Under the pieces are notes generated by a model. The model did not search any database and was not told the origin of the DNA. It was given only the letters and a program-made list of their open reading frames with translations. DNA of 64,000 bases from Bispira polyomma (taxonomy: Eukaryota): positions 42,842,001-42,906,000 of the forward strand of contig OZ287756.1 of NCBI GenBank assembly GCA_965649765.1. Direction: 5' to 3'. Of this stretch, positions 50,900 through 62,134 are shown one piece after another. The translations under genes and the position numbers were made by a program. Numbering within the stretch: the stretch's first letter is position 1; each line of letters begins with the position of its first letter.

Positions 50900-53603
50900 T
50901 CTACAGGCTTATCCCTGAAAACATGGTGGTGTCAATTGGGCCTCATGGCCGTTCACTGTTGCTTCCCTGCGTCTATCGCCCCCAGGATCATGTACCTGTA
51001 ATTTTTTAGAAAATTGATGTCTTTTGTTGGTTTCCTGCCATCCATTAACAGTTCATATCATATCTGTGGTAACTTTAACATCCATGTAACTTTCGTGTGA
51101 TCTAAAACAGTCAGTTAGACAACCAACCCATCTACATGGTCACATTCTGGACCTCATTTTATCTCCTTGTGATCAGGATACTATTGTGGATGTCAAAGTC
51201 TTCAATCTTATATCGGATCATTAGTCAAATGCTCAATTGCTTCTCCCCGACAGGTGGCTCATATTCCTAATACAGTGCATTATAGAAGGTACCACCGTAT
51301 AAACATGTCTGACCTCCGTACTGATCTTGAGTACTTCCTTTATTAAGTCACCTACCAATTCTGTAGCCAAACATTATGAACAATACATACATGACTTGGG
51401 TGATGTACTAGATAAGCATGCACCACTTGTATCCAGAATGTCAAAGAAATATTCTGTGCATTGGCTCTCTGATTCTTACCGACGGGCAAAATCTCTCAGG
51501 CACCAATATGAAAGAATTTGGCGAAGGGCCAAGAATCCATTAAATAGAAGTCGACTACGTCGCCAGATTGCTCAGTGCAATGTACTTATTAACGAGGATA
51601 AGTCGGTGTATTACAGCAAGCTTATCTCTGACAACAGGCACAACTCCAGGAAGCTGTGGCACGAACTGCGCAAGACCCTTAATATGGATACCAATGTGGC
51701 ACTCCCGTCCCATGATTCGGATAAATCACTAGCTGATAAGTTTGCTTCCTTTTTTTCGGACAAAATTAAGAGAATTATAGATTCTTTTGTTGTCTCTGGA
51801 ACTAAAATTGATGTTCATCCTCTTTCTGATCCCCCAGAAATTACTGCCTTTACCAGAGTCTCTGAAGATGATGTTAGTAAAATAATAAGTAACTCGCCTA
51901 CAAAATCCTGCATGTTGGATCCATGGCCAACATCTCTTATTAAAGAATGTAGTGATATATTACTACCATCCATTACAAAGCTTGTAAACTGTTCACTTAC
52001 GGAGGGACATGTACCTGATGGTTTTAAAACAGCTGTGGTTACTCCTCTTATTAAGAAGGCTTCTCTTCCAGTTGATGACTTGAAGAATTATCGCCCTGTA
52101 TCTGGTCTTAGTTTCATATCAAAACTGGTTAAACGCGTGGTTGCCAGGCAACTGTTAGATCACATCTTTGTCTACAACTTAGACAACCCATACCAGTCTG
52201 CGTATAAAACTGGTCATTCGACTGAGACAGCTCTTCTGTCTATAAAAAATGAAGTTCACCTATCTTTGTCAAGAGGGGAACCTACTGCCCTGGTATTGCT
52301 CAAAATCTCTGCTGCCTTTCACACCATTGATCATTCCACGCTTCTCAGTTGTCTTCAGACTTGGTTTGGAGTTAGGGGCTCTGTTCTTAAATGGTTCACT
52401 TCCTACTTAACTGATCGTTATCAGTCGATAAAAATTGGCTCTACTCTGTCCGATCTTTGTAAACTCTTGTTTGGTGTTCCTCAAGGTTCTGTTTTGGGCC
52501 CTCTGTTGTTCTCATTATACACTTCCCCTCTCAGATTGTTTATTGGCAAATACACAGGAATAAAGTTTCATTTTTATGCAGATGATACCCAAATTTATGT
52601 GCACCTATCCCATAAAAACACATCTACTGCCTTTGAACAGTTGAACAGGTGCCTTGATGATGTGAAGGAGTGGATGTCAACTGGCAAACTCAAACTTAAT
52701 CCCGATAAGACTGAGTTCATAATCTTTGGCTCAAAACAACAGAGGGATAAGTTGAAAGCATTGTTCCCAGTTGACATCCTGGGTAACCCTTTCAGTCCAG
52801 CTGATTCTGTCAAGAACCTGGGTGTATGGTTTGACTCTGACTTTTCTTTTTCTAAACACGTTCAGAGTGTCTGCAAAAGCTATTTCATGCAACTCCGTGA
52901 CTTTAGACGTGTCAGACGGTTTCTCACTTATGATGCTTCTATACTTGTGGCCAATGCTTTTGTCAGTAGTAGACTGGATTACTGCAATTCACTTTTCACA
53001 GGAGTCTCTCAAAGTTTAATTTACGCAAATTACAATGCATTCAAAATAGTGCAGCTAGAATTGTGTCAAACACCAGTCGATACACTAGTATAACTCCTGT
53101 TCTGAAGAAATTGCATTGACTCCCTGTTGAACAGCGTTCAGTGTTTAAGACAGCTACACTTGTTTATAAGTTTCTCCACACTGGGTTTCCAAAGTATTTT
53201 GGCCCATATCTTTCCACTTAGAGTAGTTCCTACAACACCCGACGTAGTCAGAGTGGTAGTAATTTCCTTGTTGTTACGAAGTTCCACCCATCTACTCAAA
53301 AGTCAGTTAAACAGTTTGGTCACAGCTTTGCTTTTGATGCTCCATTGTTTGGAATGGTCTCCCTGATGTGATTCGTGCTTCCCCCTCACTAGCCTGTTTT
53401 AGAAAGAAGCTTAAAACCCACTTGTACACTAAAGCATATCCACCTTAGTTTCAATCATCCCCCGGCGCGCTCTATGTTGCTGACCCTTTTTACTGTCCCT
53501 TGATTTTGGTAATTGGATAACTGTCTTTTGTGCTGGTGCGCCTTAGAGTCCCCTTTGTTAAGGGGAGATTAAGCGCAATAAAAGTCTAATTACAATTACA
53601 ATT
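50900..53603 (+). mobile_element. L2/CR1-clade LINE, 5'-truncated (APE remnant, RT ORF 51327-53093, 3' stem-loop and tail)
   Basis: [50 protein letters not shown] and SRLDYCNS. 3' end gcgccttagagtcccct...aggggagattaagcgc followed by a (caatta)n tail. Confidence 0.93.
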
Positions 53604-55516
53604 AGATGTCCACCTGTAAATCTTCAAGTTTGACTGCAGGTCCCAAAGATGAAGATTCAGGTAATCTAGATTGTTGTGGAACCTGTTGTGGAACAGATTC
53701 TGCCAAAAAGGAAGCCTCATTTTGTGGACAACTCTATGAGGTCCCAACACCAAGGTATCCCTGGCAACTCTGTTGCAATCAAGATGACCCTGCACTTGTA
53801 AGTAATCATTTTTTGCAAGGATATTCAAACTTCCTGGAATGTGCTTGGCTTTTGTCTGAATTCCTCTGACATTTGTCTATGCCATATTCCTTATAAAGAT
53901 AAGACACATTTCTGGAGAATATGTGCCTCTGGAAGTGGGATAAAAGGTTGCTGTTTAGAATATGTTTTTAGAAAGTTTGCAGAGCTTAAAACACTACTAT
54001 TAAATGTTTATGTGAAGCTTTCTTTCCACATGATTCCACAGACGATTCGGCGTAAAATGATCCAGATGAGCCCCCAGCCCTTCCCTGAACCATCTGTGAA
54101 CAGAAGAAGATTATACCTCTGAACCCTTTAATAGATTTGAAAGCTTTGTACACCACTCCAAATGTAACCTTATGACCGGACTCAGAGGATCTGAAATATC
54201 CAGTGGCTAAGGAAATTTCCAAGTCATCTTGAGATACCACTGACGACTCAACTGCCAGACTTCAACTGGAGACATTAACTTCCTTGGAGTTGTTACACTG
54301 ATTTTCAACTTGAAACTATCTTTTCTAGTAACAAATTGATTTTCTTCTGAGTTAGAAAGGCTACCTTGTTGAGTAAGTTGAACCAGTAACTTCGAAAACT
54401 GGATGTTTTGAGATGGTGTTAAGTCGATATTTTTAGATTTATCACCCATCCTAGGCATTGAACAAGATGTATGAGCCATTTAATATCCGACTTGCACTCT
54501 CGTTTATTATCTAAACAACCAATCGTCTATGTACTGATGAATCCTGAGCTTGCGCCATCAAATTAACAGGAAATAATCAACTGTAAAACTCCAGGGATGT
54601 GCTATTTCTGACAGGAGGTACAGCTGTTTCGTTGCTCATATAGTAAACAGCTTCCAAAAAAAATTGCTGTCTGTCTCGGTTTTGATACTGCTCTTTATCA
54701 TTGAGAAATTTAACAATTCGATAATAATAAATCGATTTAACATTTTTTAAACCTTCCTTTAAAATGTGCAAAAGCCTTGGGTGATTATTAACTTTTTCCC
54801 ATACCTGCCAAAAGACAAACGGACAAACGGCCACCTAGACTCATTTCCTCTTTCCTTCCTTCCTCATGTAGCACCCCTGTAGGATGACTCGGCTGAGGAG
54901 TACAATCCATGTCCTCTGGAGTTTGAGTTAGAATTCATTGAGTTTTCTTTTGAGGGATGAATGGAACCTCTACCTTGTCCCCTATTATCGTTCCCGGATT
55001 CAAGATATCTGGGCATATCATCCTTCTTTGGACTAAAACAGACGTATCCCTATCCGCAGAGGCCCACTGAATCAAATTCTTTTGTATTTCAGACAACTAC
55101 TCAATAGCAAACATACATAGTATTGTAGGTCTATCAAGGGGTAAAAACTGCCCTCTGGTCAAATAATTCTTTCTGTAAGCCCTCTTTCTGTTTCAAATTC
55201 CAGAAGCCTCATGTTTCTTAAAATCCCACATCTTTGACATATTATCCACCAGAGGTAAAGCAAAAGAAGCTTTAGGAGACAGGCTATCATAGTATCCACT
55301 TCTGTAATTTCAATGTCTATCCATTTCTTAACCGCAGACAGAGTCTCTGTATATCTGGGTGGAGGTTGGTTGTCTGCTGCCCCGGAATGCAGAACCGTCC
55401 ATTCAAGACTTTTTAGGTGAAACCGATCCTCAGTTGACACCGCAGGACTGGAATGTAACGCGGAAGATTAATTGAATTTTCCGATGCATGTTCTGACTGA
55501 GCACCTTACACCACCG

Positions 55517-55783
55517 GGGGGCCGCGGTGGCCTAGTGGTTAGCAAGCATTGTACTTCACAATCACTGGTCTCTCACCTCTGGGCGGCGTAAGTTTGAATC
55601 CTGTAGATGTCTATGTGGGAAAGGTGGTAGTTCCTTACTGTGGGCCGCTGGCTTCAGTGCAGAACCTTGATCAACTGTATGCAGTGTTTCCTCCAGCGTT
55701 TCTAACTACCCGTCCCAATATAACTGAAACAGGTACTAGAGTGGACGTTAAATATCCAAATTAAAAAAAACCAAAAAAAAACA
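55517..55783 (+). mobile_element. tRNA-derived SINE, full-length copy
   Basis: GGGGCCGCGGTGGCCTAGTGG head, B box gtttgaatcc, A-rich tail. Perfect 14-bp TSD accttacaccaccg at 55503-55516 and 55784-55797. Confidence 0.95.
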
Positions 55784-56374
55784 ACCTTACACCACCGTAG
55801 CAGTTCTCTTCCTGCAGTCAGATCTTCTAATGGACCTCTCCACTGGTTAAGAACTAGGTGTGCCGCTGGTATCCATGGTAATCAATGACTCTCTGTCATG
55901 GCTGCTAGAAGAGGACCATTGACTCGGCTCTTTGTTATACTTTTCTACAGTATTTAACCGATCAGAAAGTGTTCCATCTGAGATAAAATGGCTGCTAAAG
56001 ACTGATGTACAGACAGTTCAGTCAACTGGCCAGCCTTAACATTAGAAGAAGCAACATCATCTTTAAAAGTTTTTTCACTATCCATAGTCTTCAACTATAT
56101 ATTATGACAGAGGACATATTGTAGACAAAACTCAATAAAAAAGTAAAAGTTCCTAATTCAGCAAAAAGACGTCCTTCCAGTTGATGGCCAACAAAAATAA
56201 TAAAGTAAACAAGCTTGGCCATTGGACCTGGTTGACATGACAACTGTACTCATTGTCCTGGTTAACAATTGATGTCTGCATTGGACAATGAGTTGGATGG
56301 CTCCAACAAATAGCTTGTGTTATGAATGATAATGGTATTTCTCTATTAAAAGCTAGCAATAAATAACTTAGTTT

Positions 56375-56550
56375 GTATTTCTAACACATCTTGCCTTGTA
56401 TCAAGACGGGCAGTTCACTGGTGGTTGGGGTTTTTTGCCCTGCAAACCACTGGCCGTATGCAAGTAGACTGCCTACTTTCCCATATATAAGTCGGGAATG
56501 AGATTTGAATTCACAACTGCAGAGGTAGAAGGTGAATGTGTTACGTGTTA
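56375..56550 (-). mobile_element. Diverged SINE of a related family
   Basis: On -, B-box-like gaattcaaatc, then tgggaaagtaggcagt...cagtggttt...aactgcccgtc, in the same order as in the main SINE. Confidence 0.5.
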
Positions 56551-56693
56551 CGCCATATATAATATAAGAAACTGGCACTCTTAATATTGCCATATATTGT
56601 TTCAAGTCTAAATCAACACAAGGTAACTAGATTACATTGTAACAACTTTTTACGATGTATTTTGCATTGTACTCAATCAATATAATGGTTTAC

Positions 56694-56729
56694 CTGAAGC
56701 ATCAAGTTCATCATCTGTAATGGTATCAC
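56694..56729 (-). CDS. Predicted 36-nt microexon of the protease gene (DTITDDELDAS)
   Basis: Flanked on - by tgtctttgtaaacag and gtaaac. Phase 1/1 joins the 42063 exon in frame to give a continuous acidic tract. Short, so it could be chance. Confidence 0.4.
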
Positions 56730-58099
56730 CTGTTTACAAAGACATATTTTATTAATATTTTAATAGCAACAGGAGCTTTGATATCAAGAAACTGTGTGAA
56801 AAGACAGTATTGAATGATAAACATGTAAGGCCTGATCATGATGACTATAAGTTCCTAGCAACTTTCAAAATCCTTGAGGAGATTTATACATGATAATGAA
56901 ACCATATTACCAGAGTTTAGTGACAGATGAATCGGGTACATATCTCAACTACATTCAATCATAAAAGCAATGATTTGCAAGTATGTTGGTTTGCTTTTAA
57001 TTTGTTCTATTTTTGTTAGTTTGTGAAACCTATTCTGACTTGTTCAACAACTGATAAAGCAGCAAAAGGATAAAGGGTTTTAGGGACACATTTTGTCAAA
57101 CCTATTTAATTTCACTCAGTCCAAACAAATATTACATAATAATAATTTTTGAAACGCAAAATATCCATTTTAAACAGTCATATTCATCGTGGTCACAACC
57201 ATATTGGTTCCAAATGACATGCCAACATGTGTCCAACAGTGTATTACTCCATTTAACAATATTTAAAATCATACTTCACAGAAAATGATGAAAAAAGTCT
57301 TAATTTGATTTATTCATATTTATAGAAAAATTAAATATTTTTGTGTTCATCTTTTCAAAATACATGAAAGGTATGTGTTTCTTGTATTGCAACGAGTATT
57401 GTGTACATCACCATTGATAACAGTGACTACAGCTCCACCTAGTGAGTTCTATGAAAATTAAACTGGTAGACATCGCGTTTATAAAATAATTCAAAACAGC
57501 GACAAACGGAAATCACTACACATTTCAAAAGTCTGCTGTTTCTCCACATTCTTGCATGGACTAAAGCGAGTACTAAGGCCAGTACTAAATCTCTTCCCTC
57601 AAAAATGTGATTCGACCATCCCAGAATTTGCCAGTACACATTCCACTAATATTTTATTTTGTTAAATGGCTGTATCTATGCAAATATTTAAGCTAAATTT
57701 ATTGTTTAGTATCACCAAAAAGCTAATCAACCAAGAAACTAATCAACTGTTCTTAATTTTAATATTATGGAAGATATTATCAGTAGTATAGAGTAAGCAA
57801 AACGTTTAGCCGTTGGTTGCCATGGCAACCATGGTTGCTAGGGTGGTTGCTTTGGTGATGCGACAAATCATCGCAAGATATGTGACAAATCGTCACAAGT
57901 GATGCGAGAAATTGTTGTAAATTGTGCGAGAAATCGTCGCAAATTGTGCAACTATTTGTCGCAAGCAAAAAGTCACAAGGGGCATTAACGATTCTTTATT
58001 TGGTAATACTGGATGGCTTTAATGCAGTAAAGTGTGTTGGAAAGCTTGGATTGTGATCTTTAATTTGCTATAACTTATGTTCTTGTAGTGTACATAGTC

Positions 58100-58570
58100 A
58101 CTGAGTTATAGCCGTTTAAATAAAATCTTATATTTTTGTGAATTCTGATTTTTTAATAAAACAAGTCAAAAATAGCTGTGTAACGTAGACAATATCTCAC
58201 AGCAGAATACTGGATGAATTTTGATGTAATAACTACTGTCAGAAAGCAAATTCTCTGGGCTTTAAAATGATATAATTTTTATATGTATAGGTAAAATACT
58301 CACTGAGATATAACCGTTTACAAAATATCTTGTATGTTGGCGAATTCTGATTTTTTTGTTTAAAAAGTGCAAAACAGAGCTATGTAACGTAGACGGTATC
58401 TCACACACTACTAGATGGATTTTGATGCTGTGAAAACTATTGAAAAGCACAGACTCTGGGCTTTAATATGATATAAAATGTATTTAGAGTATATAGTGAC
58501 GGAGATATAACCGTTTACAAATATCTTATATTTTTGTAAATTCCTATTTTTTTGTTAAAATATGCAAAAC
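58100..58570 (+). repeat. ~200-bp tandem repeat, ~2.3 copies
   Basis: gag(t/a)tata(g/a)ccgttta...atctt recurs at ~58103, 58304 and 58502. Confidence 0.75.
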
Positions 58571-58661
58571 TAAATTGAATGCGTGCGTTATGACCAGCAT
58601 CAGGTGTCAGTTTCCCCAGGTTGGGCTAATTATCGAAGCTCATTAGGCAAATTATTGGCGC

Positions 58662-61520
58662 CAAATCTTCCCGCATAAATTGTTTACCTGCCCAAGAATA
58701 AACACTATTATCCTCATTCTGGGGAAAAGCATTGAAGGAATAACAAGTAAAAAGGAACTACATTCCCTTTTGGACGCCATCTTAACTATTTTACATTTTA
58801 TAAACAACGAAAGGATATTTTAACTTACTCATGTTTTCAAAGGACGTTTTTACAGTTGTATATTTATAAAACGCTTTTAGAAAGACAATTACATATTAGT
58901 GATTTATTATATTGGTGTTATATATATTGTGGTGGCAAATACAAGGATAATACACTGACTGTCACGGCTACTGTAACCAATAATGGGGCCTAAACAGCAG
59001 AGTAATAAGCACAATACCAGGAGCAAGAACAAGGAGCAGTGTTACAAGTGTAATGCAAGCCATCGAGTGACGGTAGGAGAGCTCTGCCTTAGAGATGGAC
59101 CAGCGGACCAGACCCTGTCGTCCGGATCAGACAACCCGGATAAGTCCAACGTACAGGTGGCATCTACGTCTAACCAGCAGCAGGAGAGAATGGTAACACT
59201 CAACTCCACCGCCAAAGGTGTCGACCAATCACAAAGCCAGACCAAAGGGAAGAAGAAACGAGTTGGCAACTGAGAGGTAATGGCAAAACTGGATTTAATT
59301 ATGGACAAGTTCTCGCAGCTTGAAGAACAGGTAAGCAGGGAAGAAGACAGACGCGACAGTGAGCTATCTCTTTCAGCCCGGCCGTCTGCCCACAGCTCGC
59401 CGAAGTGAAAGTCCTCAGGTGAACACTCCAAGGGACAACAGAAGTCGGTAAGAGAGAAAGCTGCAAGACTACCTACGCTGGACTTTCTTCGCGGCAACAC
59501 TACTATCCAGGATGAAGTAGATAGGAGATTAAGACAATATCAAGATGTTTTCAGGCAAGATCTGACAGATATTTTTGTTAATAAAAATCACTAAAGTCAG
59601 GTAGATTGTGTGTAGGGGATCAAAAGGTTAAAGTGTCAGTGCCATGGCCTCATGAGCACTACATGTTGAATGAACAAATGAAAATGCCTACATATGAAGA
59701 TTTAACGCTATGTCAGTGGGTGCAGGGCTATGCCCGTTGTGTACTGGAAGAACCGGACGAGGAAGTACGTAAGAACATGCTGCAGTACCAATATTTATTA
59801 ATGCAGGATGCGATTGATCTGTCCTGGCCTACGGCTAAACGAGCACATGCAGCAGTGCTCTCTGAAATAGAAAGGGGGAATATAACGTGGGAGGATGTCG
59901 GTGAAATTGACCGAATTCCGCAACGCTTTACCCAAAGAACATTGAAAGGGGCTAGTACAGCCAATTACAACGGCTCAGCTAAAGAACATGATCAACAGAG
60001 TAAGGTAACTGTCTGTCCGAAATACTCAAAAGGGGTTTGTAAATTCGAAGGGGGGCAAGATGCTCAAGCATTCTTGTGGTTTCTGTTATAGGACTGTACA
60101 CAAAAATTATGATCACCCCGAAATTAAGTGGAACAGAAAGGTAAAGGAGGGCCCCAAGGGCCGTGACCAAGGGGATAGGGCCAAACAGCGGGTTTAGGGT
60201 TACAAGGACCCCCTCTCACAGTATCACCAATACTGGTTTAAGCAACAATCATTCTCAACCTCAGGGGGTAATGTAGCAAACAACCATATTGGGGAAAGTG
60301 TATTTTGGAAAAGTCGACACTTAGGCTTATTTAATTGTAATTGGTGTAATAGAGATACTAACATTTGTTTACCAAAGGAAACAGATACTGTGAGCAGGGT
60401 TATCCCTACGTCTAACCTCACTACTGTAGGTAGTGGGGGTAGACAAAAATGTACTGTCGCAAATGTAAACACAGTGACAGCCGAAACTAATAATACCCAT
60501 AACTGTGTAAATGTTAGTTGTACTAGTTCTGATGTCAGGACAGGTTTACCAGTTGATACAAGTATAAACTCTAGTATTAATATTTCGTGGTTACACAAGT
60601 ATTATTCAGTAGATGACAATAGTAGTGTTGACAATCATAGTTATAGTAAGGTAGGGGTCAAGGACGACTTCAATCCAGCATAAACTAAAGCATTTAATTG
60701 TCCACAATATAGGGCATATAGAGAGCCTCATGTACAATGCAGACTCTGACATGTCAAATCTATTTAGTGAAACGGGTCAGACCCAGGAAAATTCTAGTAA
60801 TAATGAGAGTGACCAGTCAATTAATGTCAGCACGGCCATAAAACAGGGCCAGTTTGGTGATGGTTTTCAAAGCTCCACCGTGAGTGCCCCTGCCACCATA
60901 AACGAATCTCCAATACGGGTTCCCCTTAACACTTGATTATAGTACTTTCCAGTACAATACACAGGTGGATAACCACTAGCCAGCAGTGTCAATTCCTGCA
61001 TTCCTCAGAATTTCTTTGACAATATTGAATATCAGCTTAAATATCCCACAATTGATAATATTGTAGACAAAATAGCCAGGTTAGGCTCACAATGCTTACT
61101 ATATAAAATTGACTTGCACGGGCCTATAGTAACTTAAGGACGGATCTCTTTGACTATCCTGACTATTCTACGTCAAATCTTCCCGCCAAAATTGTTTACC
61201 TGCCCAAGAATAAACACTATTATCCTCATTCTGGGGAAAAGCATTGAAGGAATAACAAGTAAAAAGGCCCACCCACCCACTTCTAAAAGAGTATAACGAA
61301 TTTGATAAGGGCAAAGTGTGTATATATGTTAATGCAATGCTGTTGCCAGACTTAGACCTTTGCGTTATTGCTTGGGCCTCGGGATGTGTGGCGGCGGGTC
61401 CTATCTCTTACATTTCCCCTGAGCTGGTTGAATAGAAGCTCTGAGAGGTAGGACTCCCTGCTGCTAGGCGATTCAGTGCCGCAGCGATGGGGTCCCTGCT
61501 CTATCTTAAAGGCCTTTGTC
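58662..61520 (+). mobile_element. Ngaro-like YR retrotransposon C, internally deleted (gag, RT fragment, partial A2, structured element); true ends probably lie slightly outside these limits
   Basis: 94-bp direct repeat at 58662-58755 and 61174-61267. gag remnants 58983-60140 (LKSGRL, WPHE, YEDLTLCQW, CPKYSKGVC). RT fragment LKYPTIDNIVDKIARLG..LLYKIDL at ~61035-61115. Confidence 0.85.
61371..61514 (+). ncRNA. Putative structured cis-acting RNA/ssDNA element downstream of A2 in element C
   Basis: Stems gtcctatctct (61398-61408)/agaggtaggac (61444-61454), gagc/gctc, tggcggc/gctgcta and ggcct/aggcc. Homologous to 33414-33543. Confidence 0.6.
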
Positions 61521-61799
61521 GATAAGCAGAGCTAAAAAGTGTGCAATGTCAATCGGTCTTCACGAGACCTGCTCCTATGAGCTCCACAGCCTTTTTCAAG
61601 GCTCAGTCTTGCATGGCTGCTTCCGTGATTGTATATTCCTTGTTTATGGTTACGAAACACCAATGAGGTTTTAGGTTTTTAGTACATATTTTATAATTAT
61701 TAGTGATTAGTCCCTTTACAACTGCATGGTTATTTAAGTACATACATATATAAGTAAACCTACAACAATAGTGTAAATAGTTTAAGTAGTAGAGTTAAC

Positions 61800-62060
61800 T
61801 AACAAATTAGTAGGTAAACCTTAACGCTAGGGTCACCTCAAAACACCAACCGGGGTGACTGCAACTTAAGCTTAAGATAACCTAAACCTCCAGTGTAAGG
61901 TCACCTTAAACATAGTCTAGTGGCTTACCACCTGTTAACCTCAACTTCAGTTAAGGCTAACTTAGGTTAGCAGTTAAGGTCACCTTGAAGTCACAAGTTA
62001 AGGTTATGGCCACCTTTTAAGGTGACCTTAAGTTAAGTAGAATAGTCTAACATTTAACTA
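61800..62060. repeat. Low-complexity repeat built from AAGGTCACC/GGTGACCTT motifs
   Basis: Multiple aaggtcacctt and aaggtgacctt motifs. Similar motifs occur at ~990-1110. Confidence 0.5.
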
Positions 62061-62134
62061 TATATATATGTTGTGGGTATTTTAATAAAAGCCCAAATGT
62101 GTTACAAATTTGTTATTACTCTGTGTTATACTTT

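Larger units (their letters stand above)
50700..56330 (-). mobile_element. Second DIRS1-like element, highly decayed, interrupted by an L2-like LINE and a SINE
   Basis: Inverted repeats ~50708-50860 and ~56185-56315 (ctatttgttggagccatccaactcattg). Minus-strand pol remnants WYLKMTWKFP...HLEW (~54150-54240) and VILIATELPGIPWCWDL...LNLHLW (~53640-53800). Confidence 0.7.

Noticed and set aside
55517-55605. tRNA gene
   Set aside because: A and B boxes are present, but they continue into a SINE body with tail and TSD, and the sequence recurs as dispersed copies. No clean cloverleaf.
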